Source: Octopus vulgaris
Taxonomy: Eukaryota
DNA: 64,000 nucleotides
NCBI GenBank assembly: GCA_951406725.2
Contig: OX597828.1
Location: forward strand, 75,702,001 to 75,766,000
Direction of reading: 5' to 3'
In this document: piece after piece, positions 28,754 through 41,987 of the stretch
Numbering within the stretch: the first letter of the stretch is position 1
How the letters are laid out: each line of letters starts with the position of its first letter
Position numbers and translations under genes: made by a program
Notes under the pieces: generated by a model
Told to the model about the DNA's origin: nothing
Seen by the model: the letters and a program-made list of their open reading frames with translations, nothing else
The model's database searches: none

Positions 28754-30482
28754 TACGGATACTGTTTACTCCATGTCGCTCATCAAAAACTTCGTAGCCG
28801 CCACACACTGTCGCTTGTATTCAACAACAACAACAACAACAACACGTTGTAAGAACAGTAGTAGTAATAGTAGTGGTGGTAGTATCACATACAGTTCGTC
28901 AAAGGTAAAAGAAAATACACATACACACACGCATGCAGACATATACACACACACATACATTCTAAGACACACATACCCACCGACATATTCACACACACAA
29001 ACACACACACACACGTTTGCTTCACTGACACATATATACACATACATATACAGACCTACATAGAGAAACACACAGGCACGCACGCACGCACGCACACACA
29101 TTCCGAAACATGTTACATGCGCGCGCACACAGACAAACAGACGTCGTATCGTATTTTTAAAGACACTATAACAACATCAACAACAACAAAAGCATCGCTG
29201 CAATTGTCTTCACTCTCACCACCACCACCACCACCACAACCACCATCGCCACCACCACAAACCATCATCATCATCACTATCATCATGTTGTAGTAGTTTC
29301 GATTCTTGTTGTTGTTGTCGTTCAGTGAAGTTGCTGGCATCAGAACAACAACAACAAGATCTACTTTTCGTCAGCAGTTTTTGTTGTCGCTTAGCCTAGG
29401 GCTTGTCAGTCCTGGACTCACGAAATCTTCACCCCGATCATCTATTACACACACACACACACACACGCACACACGCACACACACGTATCGTGCTAAGTGG
29501 TCCAGTGTGTAACCGTGTTTTTCACGGTTTGATTTGAGGGATATTTGACTGTTATTTGTAGTAGATGGCGAAACTACATAGAAGTCTCCTCAAATGAAGT
29601 TGTTGCTGCTGTATCCGTTGTTGTGCATCTGCCGTCGCTGCTGCTGTCACTGCTGCTGCTGCTGCTGTTGATGCAACTATTACGGTAACTGCATCGTGAT
29701 TGCTGGCGCTGCATCTGCTGTTGCTGCTGGTGATGGTGCGTCGACTGTTGTTGCTGATGGTGCTGCTACTGTATCGGTGCAAGTTTATGAATGATACGAT
29801 TGATAGAGAGAGAGAGAGAGAGAAAGAAATAAAGAGCAAGAAAGAGAAATAAAAGGATATTGTGTTTGTGTGCACGTGTATCTACACGTATAAACACATT
29901 ACATGGTGTGTATGAACAAATATAAATATATATACATATATATTTGTGTGTGTGTGTGTGTGTGTGTGCGATGTGTGTATGTGCGTGTGTGTCTTTTCAC
30001 ACTAGAAGACATTACACAGTGTGTAGATTGGTGAGCAAAGTGCTTGACAGCCGAGATGATTGATGAATGAAATATTGGAAAAGTGGTGGGGGAAAGGGTG
30101 GGGTAACAAGACCTAGTAAAGGGTGCAAATGTGGGGAAAAGGGTGATGGTGGTGGTGGTGAGGTGGATTGGCTGGGAGGATCGAAGAAACAAATGGAGGA
30201 TCAAAGGTGTTCTCGCCAGAAACATGTTTTCCAAAGAATCCTCTGTCTGATTTTGACGAGAATTTGGGCCGCTATTTCTAGCATGCTTAGTGGCCATATA
30301 AAAGCTCTGTTCTTTAAATCTTGAATATAATAACACACACACACATGGGCGCGCGCGTGTAGCTCCGTGTGTGTTTATCGTGTATTTTTACACATTTCAG
30401 TTTTTAGATTGCGGCCATAATGGGGCATCGACTTGAAGCGTTTAGATTCTAAGGTTTGAAGGTCATGTCTAAACTTTAAGAG

Positions 30483-30720
30483 CAGTAGTCTCCAAAGTGA
30501 GAAGTACTGCACCCTGGGAGAGTGGAAAGACTCAGGGGTGCGTTGAAGAAAAGTGCGGTGATAATGGGGTGGCCAAAAGGGAGCGATGGTTGCAACAAAA
30601 CCCCCAAATAACTGGTTAATCAGATTAAGTTTTATTTGTGAAATAATGTTGTTTTGAACCTGTTGTAGAAAATGGTCTAAGCCAAGGAGGAGGCAACCTG
30701 AAAATATTGGGGAACCACTA
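30483..30720. mobile_element. hAT (Charlie-like) MITE nested in a diverged family B SINE (about 30400-31050)
   Basis: Termini CAGTAGTCTCCAAA / TTGGGGAACCACTA resemble CAGTGGTTCCCAA-type TIRs. Confidence 0.55.
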
Positions 30721-31383
30721 ATTTAGACGAACAAATTGACCCCAGCACTTATGGGTTTTTTAAACCCTAGTTCATTTTCTATGCTTATCTTTTATCGAAA
30801 TGTTAAGTTATGTGGACGTTTACAGACCAACACCAGATTTCAAACGGTGGTGGTGGACAGATACATACACAGACATATATTTAAATGTATGGGCGCGTTT
30901 CTATCAGTTTCCACCTACCAAATCCATTCATTAGGATTTGGTGGGTGCATGGTTATAGTAGATGAAACTTGTCGAAGGTGCCACGCTAAGGGACTGAACC
31001 TAGAACCATGTACTTAGGAAGCAAACATTTTATCACAAAGCCAAATACGGCACAGACGTCACTGGCAAGCGAGTACGACTTAATAGCTCGTATCATAGTT
31101 TCGGTACTTGTTTTAGGTGCTTGCTCCGTCGTGAGAAGAAAAAAAAACACAGATGTGCTCACGGCTCTATCACGATCGGCCCCACGGAACATCGAAGATG
31201 TGACAGCTGGAGAGAGCTGAGGGAAAGAGAGGGAGAGAGAAAGGGGGAGAGAGAGGAAGATAAGGAGAGAGTTCAATAGTTCTTTGCCCAGAAAACGCAA
31301 GTCCCCCCCCCTGCTCTTAGAATCGACACAAATGACCCTCAGGTCGTGTGTCTAACTCCCGAACCATTAGAATAGATAGAAGC

Positions 31384-31940
31384 GTGCTGGCAAAATCGTT
31401 AGCATATTTCAAATTCCACCGAGGTCTACTTTGCCTTTCATCATTTCAGGGTCGATAAATTAAGAACCAGTTACATACCGGGGTCGATATAACCGACAAG
31501 TCCGCTCAACCCCAAATTTCAGGCCTTCTTCCTTTAGTAGGAATTACTATTATTATTATTATTATTATTATTAAGGCAGTGTGCTGGCAAAATCGTTAGC
31601 ATATTTCAAATTCCACCGAGGTCTACTTTGCCTTTCATCATTTCAGGGTCGATAAATTAAGAACCAGTTACATACCGGGGTCGATATAACCGACAAGTCC
31701 GCTCAACCCCAAATTTCAGGCCTTCTTCCTTTAGTAGGAAAGGATTATTATTATTATTACTATTAAGACGGCAAGCTGGCAGAATCGCAATACGCTTAGC
31801 GACATTTTGTGTCTTTACATTCTGTGTTCACATGACACCGACGTCATGTTTGCTTTTCAGCCTTTCGAGGTCGATAAATTAAGTACCAGCAAATGGGATC
31901 GATGTAACATTCCAAACCTTGTGCCTCTAGTAAAAAGGAT
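31384..31940 (+). mobile_element. Three tandem family A SINE fragments
   Basis: AAATTCCACCGAGGTC.ACTTTGCCTTTCATC..GGTCGATAAATTAAG blocks, each followed by (ATT)n. Confidence 0.85.
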
Positions 31941-32321
31941 TATTATTATTATTCCTTTTTCAGTAACTTTTTACAGGGCGACACCTTGCAGCCTGACATG
32001 TAACATCAACAGGTACAGCAGGTGTAGCTAAGGATTCTGAATTCTCTATTTGTAGCTAATCATCAATATTTACTTTTGGTGAAGCTACATCACTGGTTGA
32101 AACACTTTTTTCCATTATGGTTACTATCAATTAATCCATTTAAGGATTTCAGTGTTGAGGACTGACAAGTGTCTTTACCACTAGACATTGGTGACATCAG
32201 ACTAGATGGTCAAATGCAGTTAACTAATGACTGATTAAATTTTGAGGACTAAAAATCAATGGGTTAATTAGATTTTTGTGTTCTCTCTTTTTTCCTCTTG
32301 ATTAAGGATTACTACTTAATT

Positions 32322-33395
32322 CGAGAGAGAGCACTCACAAGCCATCAAAATGACCCTGGAGTACAAATATACAAAACCCAATATAATACCCGTCTGATAA
32401 GGGTACACCAGGCACATGCATCACAAGCATATATGCGCAACATGGTGATCTCACATCAAGATAAATAGCGTTTCACTTTGCAGGTGGTGTCCAGTTAGAA
32501 TTTAAGGTCGTGTAAATTTTTTATCTTGCTAAAAAAAAAATCCCTGAATATGGTTTGTTTAAGGATGATGAACGAAACGCCTATGTTTCCATCGATGAAT
32601 TATTCAAATCACAAAGATTCCCCTCCCAACATAAGGCTACTGCTGATCGACATCGAAGATGCACCTATTGTCAGCCACTAAGGAGTATGCTCAATTGCTT
32701 AATGTGAAACAACTGACAAGCATATATGTGGTATTGAGAAAAATATTTGCTGTAGCCCATCTTTTACACCAAGTGAAAACATGTACACGTTAACACTTCC
32801 AGTCAGTTAAGATCAGAAACTTTGAGAGCCGCTGGCAGATTCGTTAGGACGGCGAACAGAATGCTTAACAGCATTTCGTCCTTTCGGGGTCGATTAAATA
32901 AGTACCAGTTACGCACTGGGGTCGATGTAATCGACTTAATCCCTTTGTCTGTCCTTGTGTGTCCCCTCAGTGTGTAGCCCATTGTGGGAAGTAAAGAAAT
33001 AGGTATTTCATCTCCGCTGCTTTCTGCGTTCAAATTCCGCCGAGGTCGACTTTGCCTTTCATCCTTTCGGAGTCGATAAATTAAGTATCATTTGTGTTCT
33101 GGGGTTGATGTAATCCCGACTTAAACCTTTCCCCCAGATTTGAGGCTTTGTGCTTCCACTAGAACGGATCATTATTATTTAGGTAGTGAGCAGGTAAAAT
33201 CGTTACACTGTCATACAAAATGCCTGGCGATATTTGTTTCCGGCTCTCAACGCAAGTGGTTTGAAAGCCCACCGAGGTAAGCTTTGTCGGAATTTTTTCG
33301 GGGACGATAAATTAAAGTGCCAGTTACATACTGGGCCTGATTGCATCGTCTAAAACCCTCTTCTCAAAACTGTTGGTCTTGTGCCTAAATTAGAT
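32322..33395 (+). mobile_element. Family C repeat followed by family A SINE copies
   Basis: Homology to the other copies in the window. Confidence 0.75.
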
Positions 33396-33489
33396 ATTAT
33401 TATTAATATTTAAGTGAGAAATTCATGCAACGGACTTATCAACCTATTTGTAACTTGTATTTGTTTGTGTTATACGAGTGTATATATGA

Positions 33490-33520
<31 letters not shown>

Positions 33521-33589
33521 TAATTTATGATCTGTGTCTACTTTTAGGATAATTCATATCAGTTCTACCCGTCTCCCACTCAGAGTACT

Positions 33590-34333
33590 TCATTTTCTCC
33601 GTCCACACGTCCACAATCCAATATATACATATGGACCGCTGAAACCTACAGAACTGGTCCCTAGAGCAGTGGAAGAATGATATTTTCTTTTACGAGTAAT
33701 CCTTTACCTTATTTCCGACCACCGGCCGAACATACGTGTGGAGACAGCCAAAAGAAGCATTTGACCCAGACTGCCTTCTCCCAACTGTTAAACATGGAGG
33801 AGGATCTGTGATGATCTGGGTGGGGTGGGGGTGGGAGCTTATCTTGGAAACACTCCGGCCCAATGGTTTGCCTTCATGGCAGAATTAATAGTCAAGACTA
33901 TTTAAGCATTTTATCTGATCAAATTCATCCTATGATTGCGGTACTGTTTCCGGAGGGAAAAGCAATATTTCACGATGATAATGCACCAATTCACACAGCT
34001 AAAGTTGTTACTGAATGGCACGAGAAACATTCTAGTGAAGTTAAACATCTTATCTGGTCACCACAGTCCCCAGATCTTCTCAATATCATTGAACATTTTT
34101 GGTGCATTTTGGAAAGACAAGAGTCGATATCCTCTACCATCATCACTACAAGAACTGGAGACTGTTTTAGCTGAAGAATGGACAAAACATTCCTTTGGAA
34201 ACAATTCAAACTTTGTACGAGTCCATACTTCGTAGAATTCAAGCTGTAATTACTGCCAAAAGCAGTCCTACACCACATTAAAATAAATTTGCTTGTAATT
34301 TTAAGGTGTTTCCGTTATTTTGTACAACCCCTG
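33590..34333 (+). mobile_element. Tc1-family transposon 3' part (pseudogenised DDE transposase and right TIR)
   Basis: PTVKHGGGSVMIW, IFHDDNAPIHTA and WSPQSPDL.NIIEHFW; ends TTTTGTACAACCCCTG followed by TA. Confidence 0.92.
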
Positions 34334-34600
34334 TATGTGTGTGTGTGTGTGTATACTATTATTATAACCCGATTTCATTCGGTTCTACTCGGGCCAATTT
34401 TAAAGATGAAGAGTTTTGCCCTACAGGCCACGCCTTTCAATTGAGCAAACTCAAAGTTGCCATGCAAATTCCCCAGAACTTCTAATATAGTTGTGCAAAT
34501 TTTCAGGTTAGTCCGACCACATTTACCAACACTTTTGCCTGCACAACCTGAGCCATCTGAGCCATCCGCCCTTTTCACAAATATATAGATGTATGCATGC

Positions 34601-34674
<74 letters not shown>

Positions 34675-36484
34675 TTGTGTGTGTTTGTGTGCGTATGTAT
34701 GTATATATAATATTCTTCGATATTTCGTAATATACGTCCTTTATTAGAATGAATTGCATTCATTTAATGAGGATGTTTCAGTGTGAGAGAATGCATTTTT
34801 ATAAATATGCTCAGTTATATGACAGTATGTGTATGTATAATTATACATGTGTGCGTGTTTAAGAAAATAAGATGAAATATGATCTCATTTTCATAATTTT
34901 GCAAATATATCTTTTATACAATTTATGCATATTATAAAAGTTTGTATTTTATGAATCCATATTTTAATATGAGGGTCTTGCTGACTTGGATTTTGCAATA
35001 AATGTCACAGTCTACCATCAGATATCGAGTCATCCGATCAGTAAATTATTTCGTTGTTACTCTTAAAATAGATTACAGATAATAACCTTAATTTGATATC
35101 AAATTTTTATAATTCTTTTCCTCTGATTCGATGAATCTCGAAGGAGATAAAGCTACAAAAAATGGCGTGCAGATTTTCCATAATATTGTCGAAGGATGCG
35201 CGTGGAACAGCTTTATTTGCTTCGAGATTAACCGATCCCAAACTAACAGCATACAGTTCTTGCTGGTAAAAACAAAGTATCTAAAACTGAGAAATTCGAA
35301 TTGGTTTCGTCCAACGATAGAACATCTGCCATGCTTACAGTGCCCCTTGGGCAGCACGCAGCCTTTTCTCTCGAAAGGGATTTTAACAGAAATTTTGCAC
35401 GTCATTATAGCTTTATATACTTCGAGATTCACCGTTCCAAAAAACAAAAAAATCATTTCACATTATCCTAAATTTTCTAAATTATTACTTCAATTATAAT
35501 GTATATTTTTGTTCTAAACATTCCTGACTGTACATTTTCATAGGTCAAAGAAAAATGCATTTTGTTTAACAAAATAAAATTGTTTTCTTTAATCAACTGC
35601 TTAATAGAAGCATTAAACAGCGACCTTGCTGAGTGCAATGAAAACCTATAATATTTGAATAGAAACTGATATTTTAATCATTATTTTCGAATATGGACAG
35701 GTAGATGATACAGAAGGGGGAGAAAAAAGAGAGATAGATTGATTGGTTTGGTTCCAATATTCACTATCTTCAAGAAATCAGAAGTGTGAGGCACAGAGTA
35801 AAAAGCAGAGTTAGTTTCCAGCTTGCAAAAGTAGGATAACACTTCATAAGGATTATTGAGTTTTTGTTTTCTGCTTGTGCGGGGAATTCTTACATGATAT
35901 AAACAGTAAATATATATAGAGAGAGACAGTAATATTTCAAGTTTGTGTATAAGATAATTAAGATAAAAACAAGTATAGATATTTAGTTCCTAAGTACGTT
36001 TCACCATTGCAGTTACCTAGAACTCAGCAGTGGATGCTACAAGTGCATTGGGATCATGAGGGGTACCCTTTATTCCATGCATTATTACAAACATCTAATA
36101 CCGAGATATTAGATTTCTGTAATAGAATGCAATGAATTGTTCCCTTGGCGATGTGTTGCAGTTGGGCATCCAAGAGCACTCGAAACATCAATGCTGAGTT
36201 CAAAATAATTGCAACGGTGAAACGTACTTACGAGCTAATGATATTTGTCCTTATCTGAATTCCATCCCATAACATATGCTGTGTATATTACAACTAGTAA
36301 CACTGCTAAATACAGTGCTAGACTAGCCACTATGATGGGAGCTGACTGGATAAAGATAATCTATGTGGACCTCTAACTCATACAGCACTAGTCGTAACAT
36401 CAATATATTACGGAGATGTACTTGCATAGTGAGTGACTTGATCTGAGATCGCGTGCTGACAAAAAACAATTGAAGCGGGGAAGG

Positions 36485-36731
36485 TGTTCATAAGCCATTT
36501 AAAAACACACCCAATAAGCCGTTAGATCCACTTCAACATTTAAATTTAATTTACATCGCTTTCGTCGCTTTGAAACTGCGACCTGTTCACTGACAAAATT
36601 CCGTGCAGCACGGAATTTTGTCAGTGAACAGGTCGCGGACTCAAAGAGACTAAAACATTTTGACAAATTAAATTTAAATATTGAAATGAATCTAATTGTT
36701 TTTGTGGGTTTTTTTAAAATGGTTTATGAAC
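36485..36731. repeat. Fold-back palindrome (axis 36607) with two degenerate G3-C8 hammerhead-like motifs
   Basis: Perfect 29-bp inner arms at 36578-36636. Motif TTTGTCA-GTGAACA-G-GTCGC..GCGAC-GAAA on the minus arm; the plus arm is mutated. A third partial copy lies at 58030-58205. Confidence 0.8.
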
Positions 36732-36759
36732 AGTATTAGTGTTAATATTTATGAATGTC

Positions 36760-36852
36760 TTGTCCTGAAGAGATTTTTACCTTATATAAAGATAATGCAA
36801 TCTTAATCATAATATATGATTGGAAGTAAGAAATTGAAACGTACGTGGGCGA
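36760..36852 (+). ncRNA. Hammerhead-like motif with long stem II (position 17 is G, probably inactive)
   Basis: TTGTC-CTGAAGA-GATTTTTAC...GTAAGAAATT-GAA-ACGTACGT-G-GGCGA. Confidence 0.65.
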
Positions 36853-37100
36853 CATGAAATTAACTATTATAAAGATTAACTGATTTTTTCCGTTCAAGCT
36901 TTCCATTTTCCTTATATTATATATATAATATATATATATATACATACACATACGTATCTACACGCACACGCACACGCACGCACACACATACACACACACA
37001 CACACACATATATGGTTAGACATAAAAATTAATACGATGGATACATTTCTCTGCACACACATACACAGCATGTACACACATACGTATTCAAAAATATCTA

Positions 37101-37151
<51 letters not shown>

Positions 37152-37556
37152 TCAGACAAGTGCATATAGATGTACATATATACATTACTGCACATAAGTA
37201 CATTCCAGTACACATCCTTCTCTGCATGTCTGGGTGTGCATGCACTCCCACACTCCCACATACAGATATACACAGACGTGCGCGCCTGCACACATAGACA
37301 CAAACGTTCAAAATCTCCTACACGAGCGGTAAGCGGATAAGGATGACAGGATTCTGTGGCATATATAAATCCCATACTCCGGATGGAGAGGCCGTTCTGC
37401 CGCAGGATTATTCAGTTTTGTCAGCTGAGTGGACTGGACCAACGTGAAATGAAATGTTTTGGTCATAAAGAAAAATGTATCGTCCGGTCCAGGAATCGAA
37501 AGCACTATCTTACCAAAATGAGTTCAACACCCTACCTACTAAGCTACGCATCTCCA

Positions 37557-37601
<45 letters not shown>

Positions 37602-38012
37602 AGGATACGTGTATGTATATTTTAATACATACACACACGCGTGTGTAGATATTTACATACATATATATGTAATGGATAGATGTGAGATTAATCGATTGAC
37701 TGATAGATTACTGATGGATGAATATAGGTATGTAAATAGATCGAAGGACAGATCAATCAATGGAACGATAGATCAATAGAGAGAGCAGGAAGAAAGGTAG
37801 ATACATTGACGTATTGATAGGTGGATGAAAAGCTACATGGATGGTTGAATGGAGGAGTTTACAAATTAATATATTGATAGATAAACAAATCAGTCGATGG
37901 AGGAAATAGTTCGATTGATGTACGGATGGTTGGATGGATGAGTGGACGTTTCGAATATATCCACAGGCAGTTAGGTAGAGAGACGGACATTATACATACA
38001 TATAAGCACATG

Positions 38013-38072
<60 letters not shown>

Positions 38073-38949
38073 CGTACGTGTTTGTATAGACACAAATATA
38101 CGTACATTCATATATGCATATATATAATACGACGTGTGTGTATATGTGTGTGCTTATATACACACTCCGTATACATATTACATAATTTAGTGAGAGAGTG
38201 ACTGAAAGATTCAAATGCTCTCAAATATCCATTAGCACACATTCAAACACGTGGTACATTATTTTATATGTTGTGTAATGAAGTGTGTCTGCTATATCTT
38301 TCACGTTTCAGTGAAGCTGTAGTTGAGCCGAAATAACACACACACACAATCTTTAAATATGTACTCTCAATTAAGCAAATTGATGTGTGCACGGGGGTGC
38401 ACTTAAATTTGCATCTTGAGAATATACATGTATTTATTTATCTGTAAATAGCAGAAAATATTTGCAGGTTGTGGTCCCAGTTCATATATTTGTAGCCGTG
38501 CGTGCTTGTGCGTGTGTGACAACCTTTTTATTCTTGATATTTTATTGCCAAAAGATATTAATCTGAAATGGATGTGAACCGACGCCCGGGATTATATGAA
38601 GGACAGGACCCAATCCTCTGACATACCTTCACTCAGTATATCACTTTCGTGATTAGAAAAAAAACTCTTTTGTGTCAGGTATGTGAACTATTCGGCACCT
38701 TACTATCAGGCTATTTTGGGAGATCCAAGAACATCTATTCGCGTTTTTTCATCATAGGTGAAAATTGGTGCACGTGTGTTATATGTTTTATGTGATCCAC
38801 GATTTTATGAGGATCAAAATTTCCATGTAATGGGTCCAATGTATAGGATAATCGTTTACAATATTTATATGACTTTTGTATGTTTCTTGGTGTATTTAGA
38901 CATCAGTAGAATTGTGAATGGTTAGAAAGCGAAGTGGTTTGGTTATTTA

Positions 38950-39450
38950 TTGAAGCACTATTGATATTGTGCCATGTTGTTCTTTTACATCGCTCCATCA
39001 TTTTCCAACTTTTAACGACTCATACAAGAGATTCGTTGATATTTATCTTCACAACAATTTCTCTCGTTAGGTTTCATGCTTTGTATATGGAATGGGAATC
39101 ATCTTTTTATAACCATTTCCTTTAAAAGCCCCTAATATTTTTCTCACTTTCAACAACTAACAGCCATCATTCGTACCCATAAAACCCACTTAAAATTACT
39201 ATTGCATTTTATATACGCATTCTCCTTAGAATTGCAATCCTTTTTACTGTTTATTTCTAAACAGACTAATTTTACGGAAGCCTATATGGCCGCCCCAATG
39301 TACATTTTATTTATTTGATCTATCATCTTCCATTATTGTTCTTCCAAAATATCTAAAGCTATCAACTTGTTCAAGCATTTTCCTTGTTATTTCCCCAGGA
39401 TTAGCAATTTAGTTTTTGTTTTTACTAGATGTCTATATACAGTTTATATT
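38950..39450 (-). mobile_element. Very old RTE-like LINE remnant
   Basis: Minus-strand peptide MLEQVDSFRYFGRTIMEDDRS resembles the RTE motif E.V..F.YLG; otherwise degenerate. Confidence 0.35.
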
Positions 39451-40477
39451 TTTTCAAGACTTAATACCATTCAACGTTACCTTGTGGCTGTGTCAAGATC
39501 TCTAAGTTCTTCATTTCTCCCATAAAATCAATATCAGGTGCTAAACTGATATTAGCAATTGATTATTCCAACTCTTACTTTAAGATTTACTTCAAAAGAC
39601 TGAGGGAATTCTTTCTCTGAAAACTTTCGCGGGGGTGGGGGCGAAAAAAAAAGCACGAATTTGAAGGAAGGTTATATCTAGAAATACAAACAGAAGTTCT
39701 GTAAAATATGAAGTATATAAGTTCAATTTACCAAGTAAAATCGAACATTATATCATAGGAAAATGCTGATTAGTTGATGGTATCTATTTAATTATCGCAT
39801 AAAATATCTAGGTTATAGAGTAGATCACTGATTTGACTCATTCAAAAGTTTTATGCTGTACATAGGGACAAATTTTAATAGTCACCGAATTATCGTTCAG
39901 AAGTGACATTTAATCGGGAAATATTTCCAAACTCCCCATTGTACTTAGTTGGCAGGATTTGTTGCTAAAGTAAAATTTTAATAGGTCACAGGAAATTCTA
40001 TTTAAAGTTGTTGTTGATTTTCATCCATTTAGATTCCAGATTAAGATAGAAAAGAAGACTGTATAGCTTCTATATCTATAACGAGAGATGTAGTAACGTT
40101 GGTTGAAACAAATTTGAAGGGATTAGCAGTAATGCTAAATTATGGCATATATATAGTTTGGTAATTTTTAACAGAGGATTCGTATAAACTACCACTTATA
40201 GACTTATAACATTATTCAATGTTATTTGGTTTAATGCAGTTGCAACTAAGAGTATTAAAGTGAGGCAAAGCTGTGTTTAGTCTCTAAAATAGGTGCAAAA
40301 TTGCGCGAAATACTGCATAAATAGCATACGGTATGTGGATAATATTTTCACGGGACACTTTTTAAGATTTAAATTAGACGAGACGAAACTTAAATGGTAT
40401 TTACTAAAAATGTTCGAAGGCAACATACACTCACACAGTTTGTCTCTGAGGCTGTTTTGACAGCTCATTAAGTTAGC

Positions 40478-40550
40478 CATAGATATTTTTGCATACGTAT
40501 GTGTGTACATGCTGTGTATGTGTGTGCGTGCGTGTGCGTGTAGATACGTA

Positions 40551-40601
<51 letters not shown>

Positions 40602-40742
40602 AGGAAAATGGAAAGCTTGAACGGAAAAAATCAGTTAATCTTTATAATAGTTAATTTCATGTCGCCCACGTACGTTTCAATTTCTTACTTCCAATCATAT
40701 ATTATGATTAAGATTGCATTATCTTTATATAAAGTAAAAATC
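40478..40742 (-). repeat. Inverted copy of 36771-37102 with an internal deletion
   Basis: Near-identical reverse complement; the ORF track gives the same peptide NIRKMESLNGKNQLIF on opposite strands. Confidence 0.9.
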
Positions 40743-40957
40743 TACCCATCATGACCACATGAAGTCATGAAAATTAAATAAAACACAGGATGATGCGAAG
40801 AAATATTTAATTTTTTAATTAACTTAATTTCGCAGTAGAATGTTTTACAGTCAATTATTACTGCATAGTTGAGGAACCTAAATACATATACACAGACTCC
40901 CATATATACCTACACAGACCACACACACTAACATATATATACATACACCACACACAC

Positions 40958-41041
<84 letters not shown>

Positions 41042-41135
41042 TTCATAGAACCGATTATTCTCCGTATAGAATACACCTAGTAGTACTCAAAGGGTTTAAA
41101 CTTGAGCGGATAGAGAAGTAAATGTATGGATACGC

Positions 41136-41549
41136 AAGTTAGGCAGGTCAATATACAAAGAAAACGATTATAAATAATGATTGTAAATTGATTCCATCGT
41201 CAGATGTGATGAGCTTCTGTCTTCAGGAAGAAATCTTACATTTTAGGTGTTGACAGTAAGGAGATGAAAGATGTTTCCATCTTTAATCAACATTTAAAAT
41301 GTAAGATTTCTTCCCCGAAGACGGAGACTCAACTCATCTGCCGATGGAATCAAGTTACAATCATTACTTTGAACCGCCGACTCCCTAGAAACACCTGTTG
41401 GACTGTTAAACTTTTTTTTCAAAACCTTTAATTCTTGATGTCATTTCAATGGTGTGTAAATCGGACCATTTTTAAAATTTAAACATAGATACATTGTTTT
41501 TGTATTTAATGTAGTAAATTTTCTTTGTATATCGACCTGCCTAACTTAT
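41136..41549. repeat. Nested inverted repeats with a degenerate hammerhead-like motif
   Basis: Outer IR AAGTTAGGCAGGTC.ATATACAAAGAAAA; inner arms at 41175-41253 and 41287-41366. Confidence 0.75.
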
Positions 41550-41734
41550 ATATATATATACACATACTTATATACACATGCACATGTATTTCTAAACACA
41601 TGCACTATGTGTGTGTTGTGAACGCCCTCTAGCAACAGATTGAATCCTCAACTATGTCTTAATAAATATTATATCAACACTATGTATTGTGCACTTTTAC
41701 TCTGCTTTACAGGGGAGAGAGTGAGTGAGAGTAT

Positions 41735-41747
41735 CTATCTACCTACC

Positions 41748-41831
<84 letters not shown>

Positions 41832-41912
41832 CCTACCTCTCTATCTATCTATCTACCTACCTCTCTATCTATATATCTATCTATCTATCTATCTATCTAT
41901 CTACCTACCTAC

Positions 41913-41986
<74 letters not shown>
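41735..41986. repeat. (ATCT)n/(ACCT)n tetranucleotide microsatellite
   Basis: Direct inspection. Confidence 0.97.

Positions 41987-41987
<1 letters not shown>

Noticed and set aside
35088-35499. Overlapping 122-aa ORFs on both strands
   Set aside because: No recognisable domain, and internal DNA repeats suggest a transposon relic.
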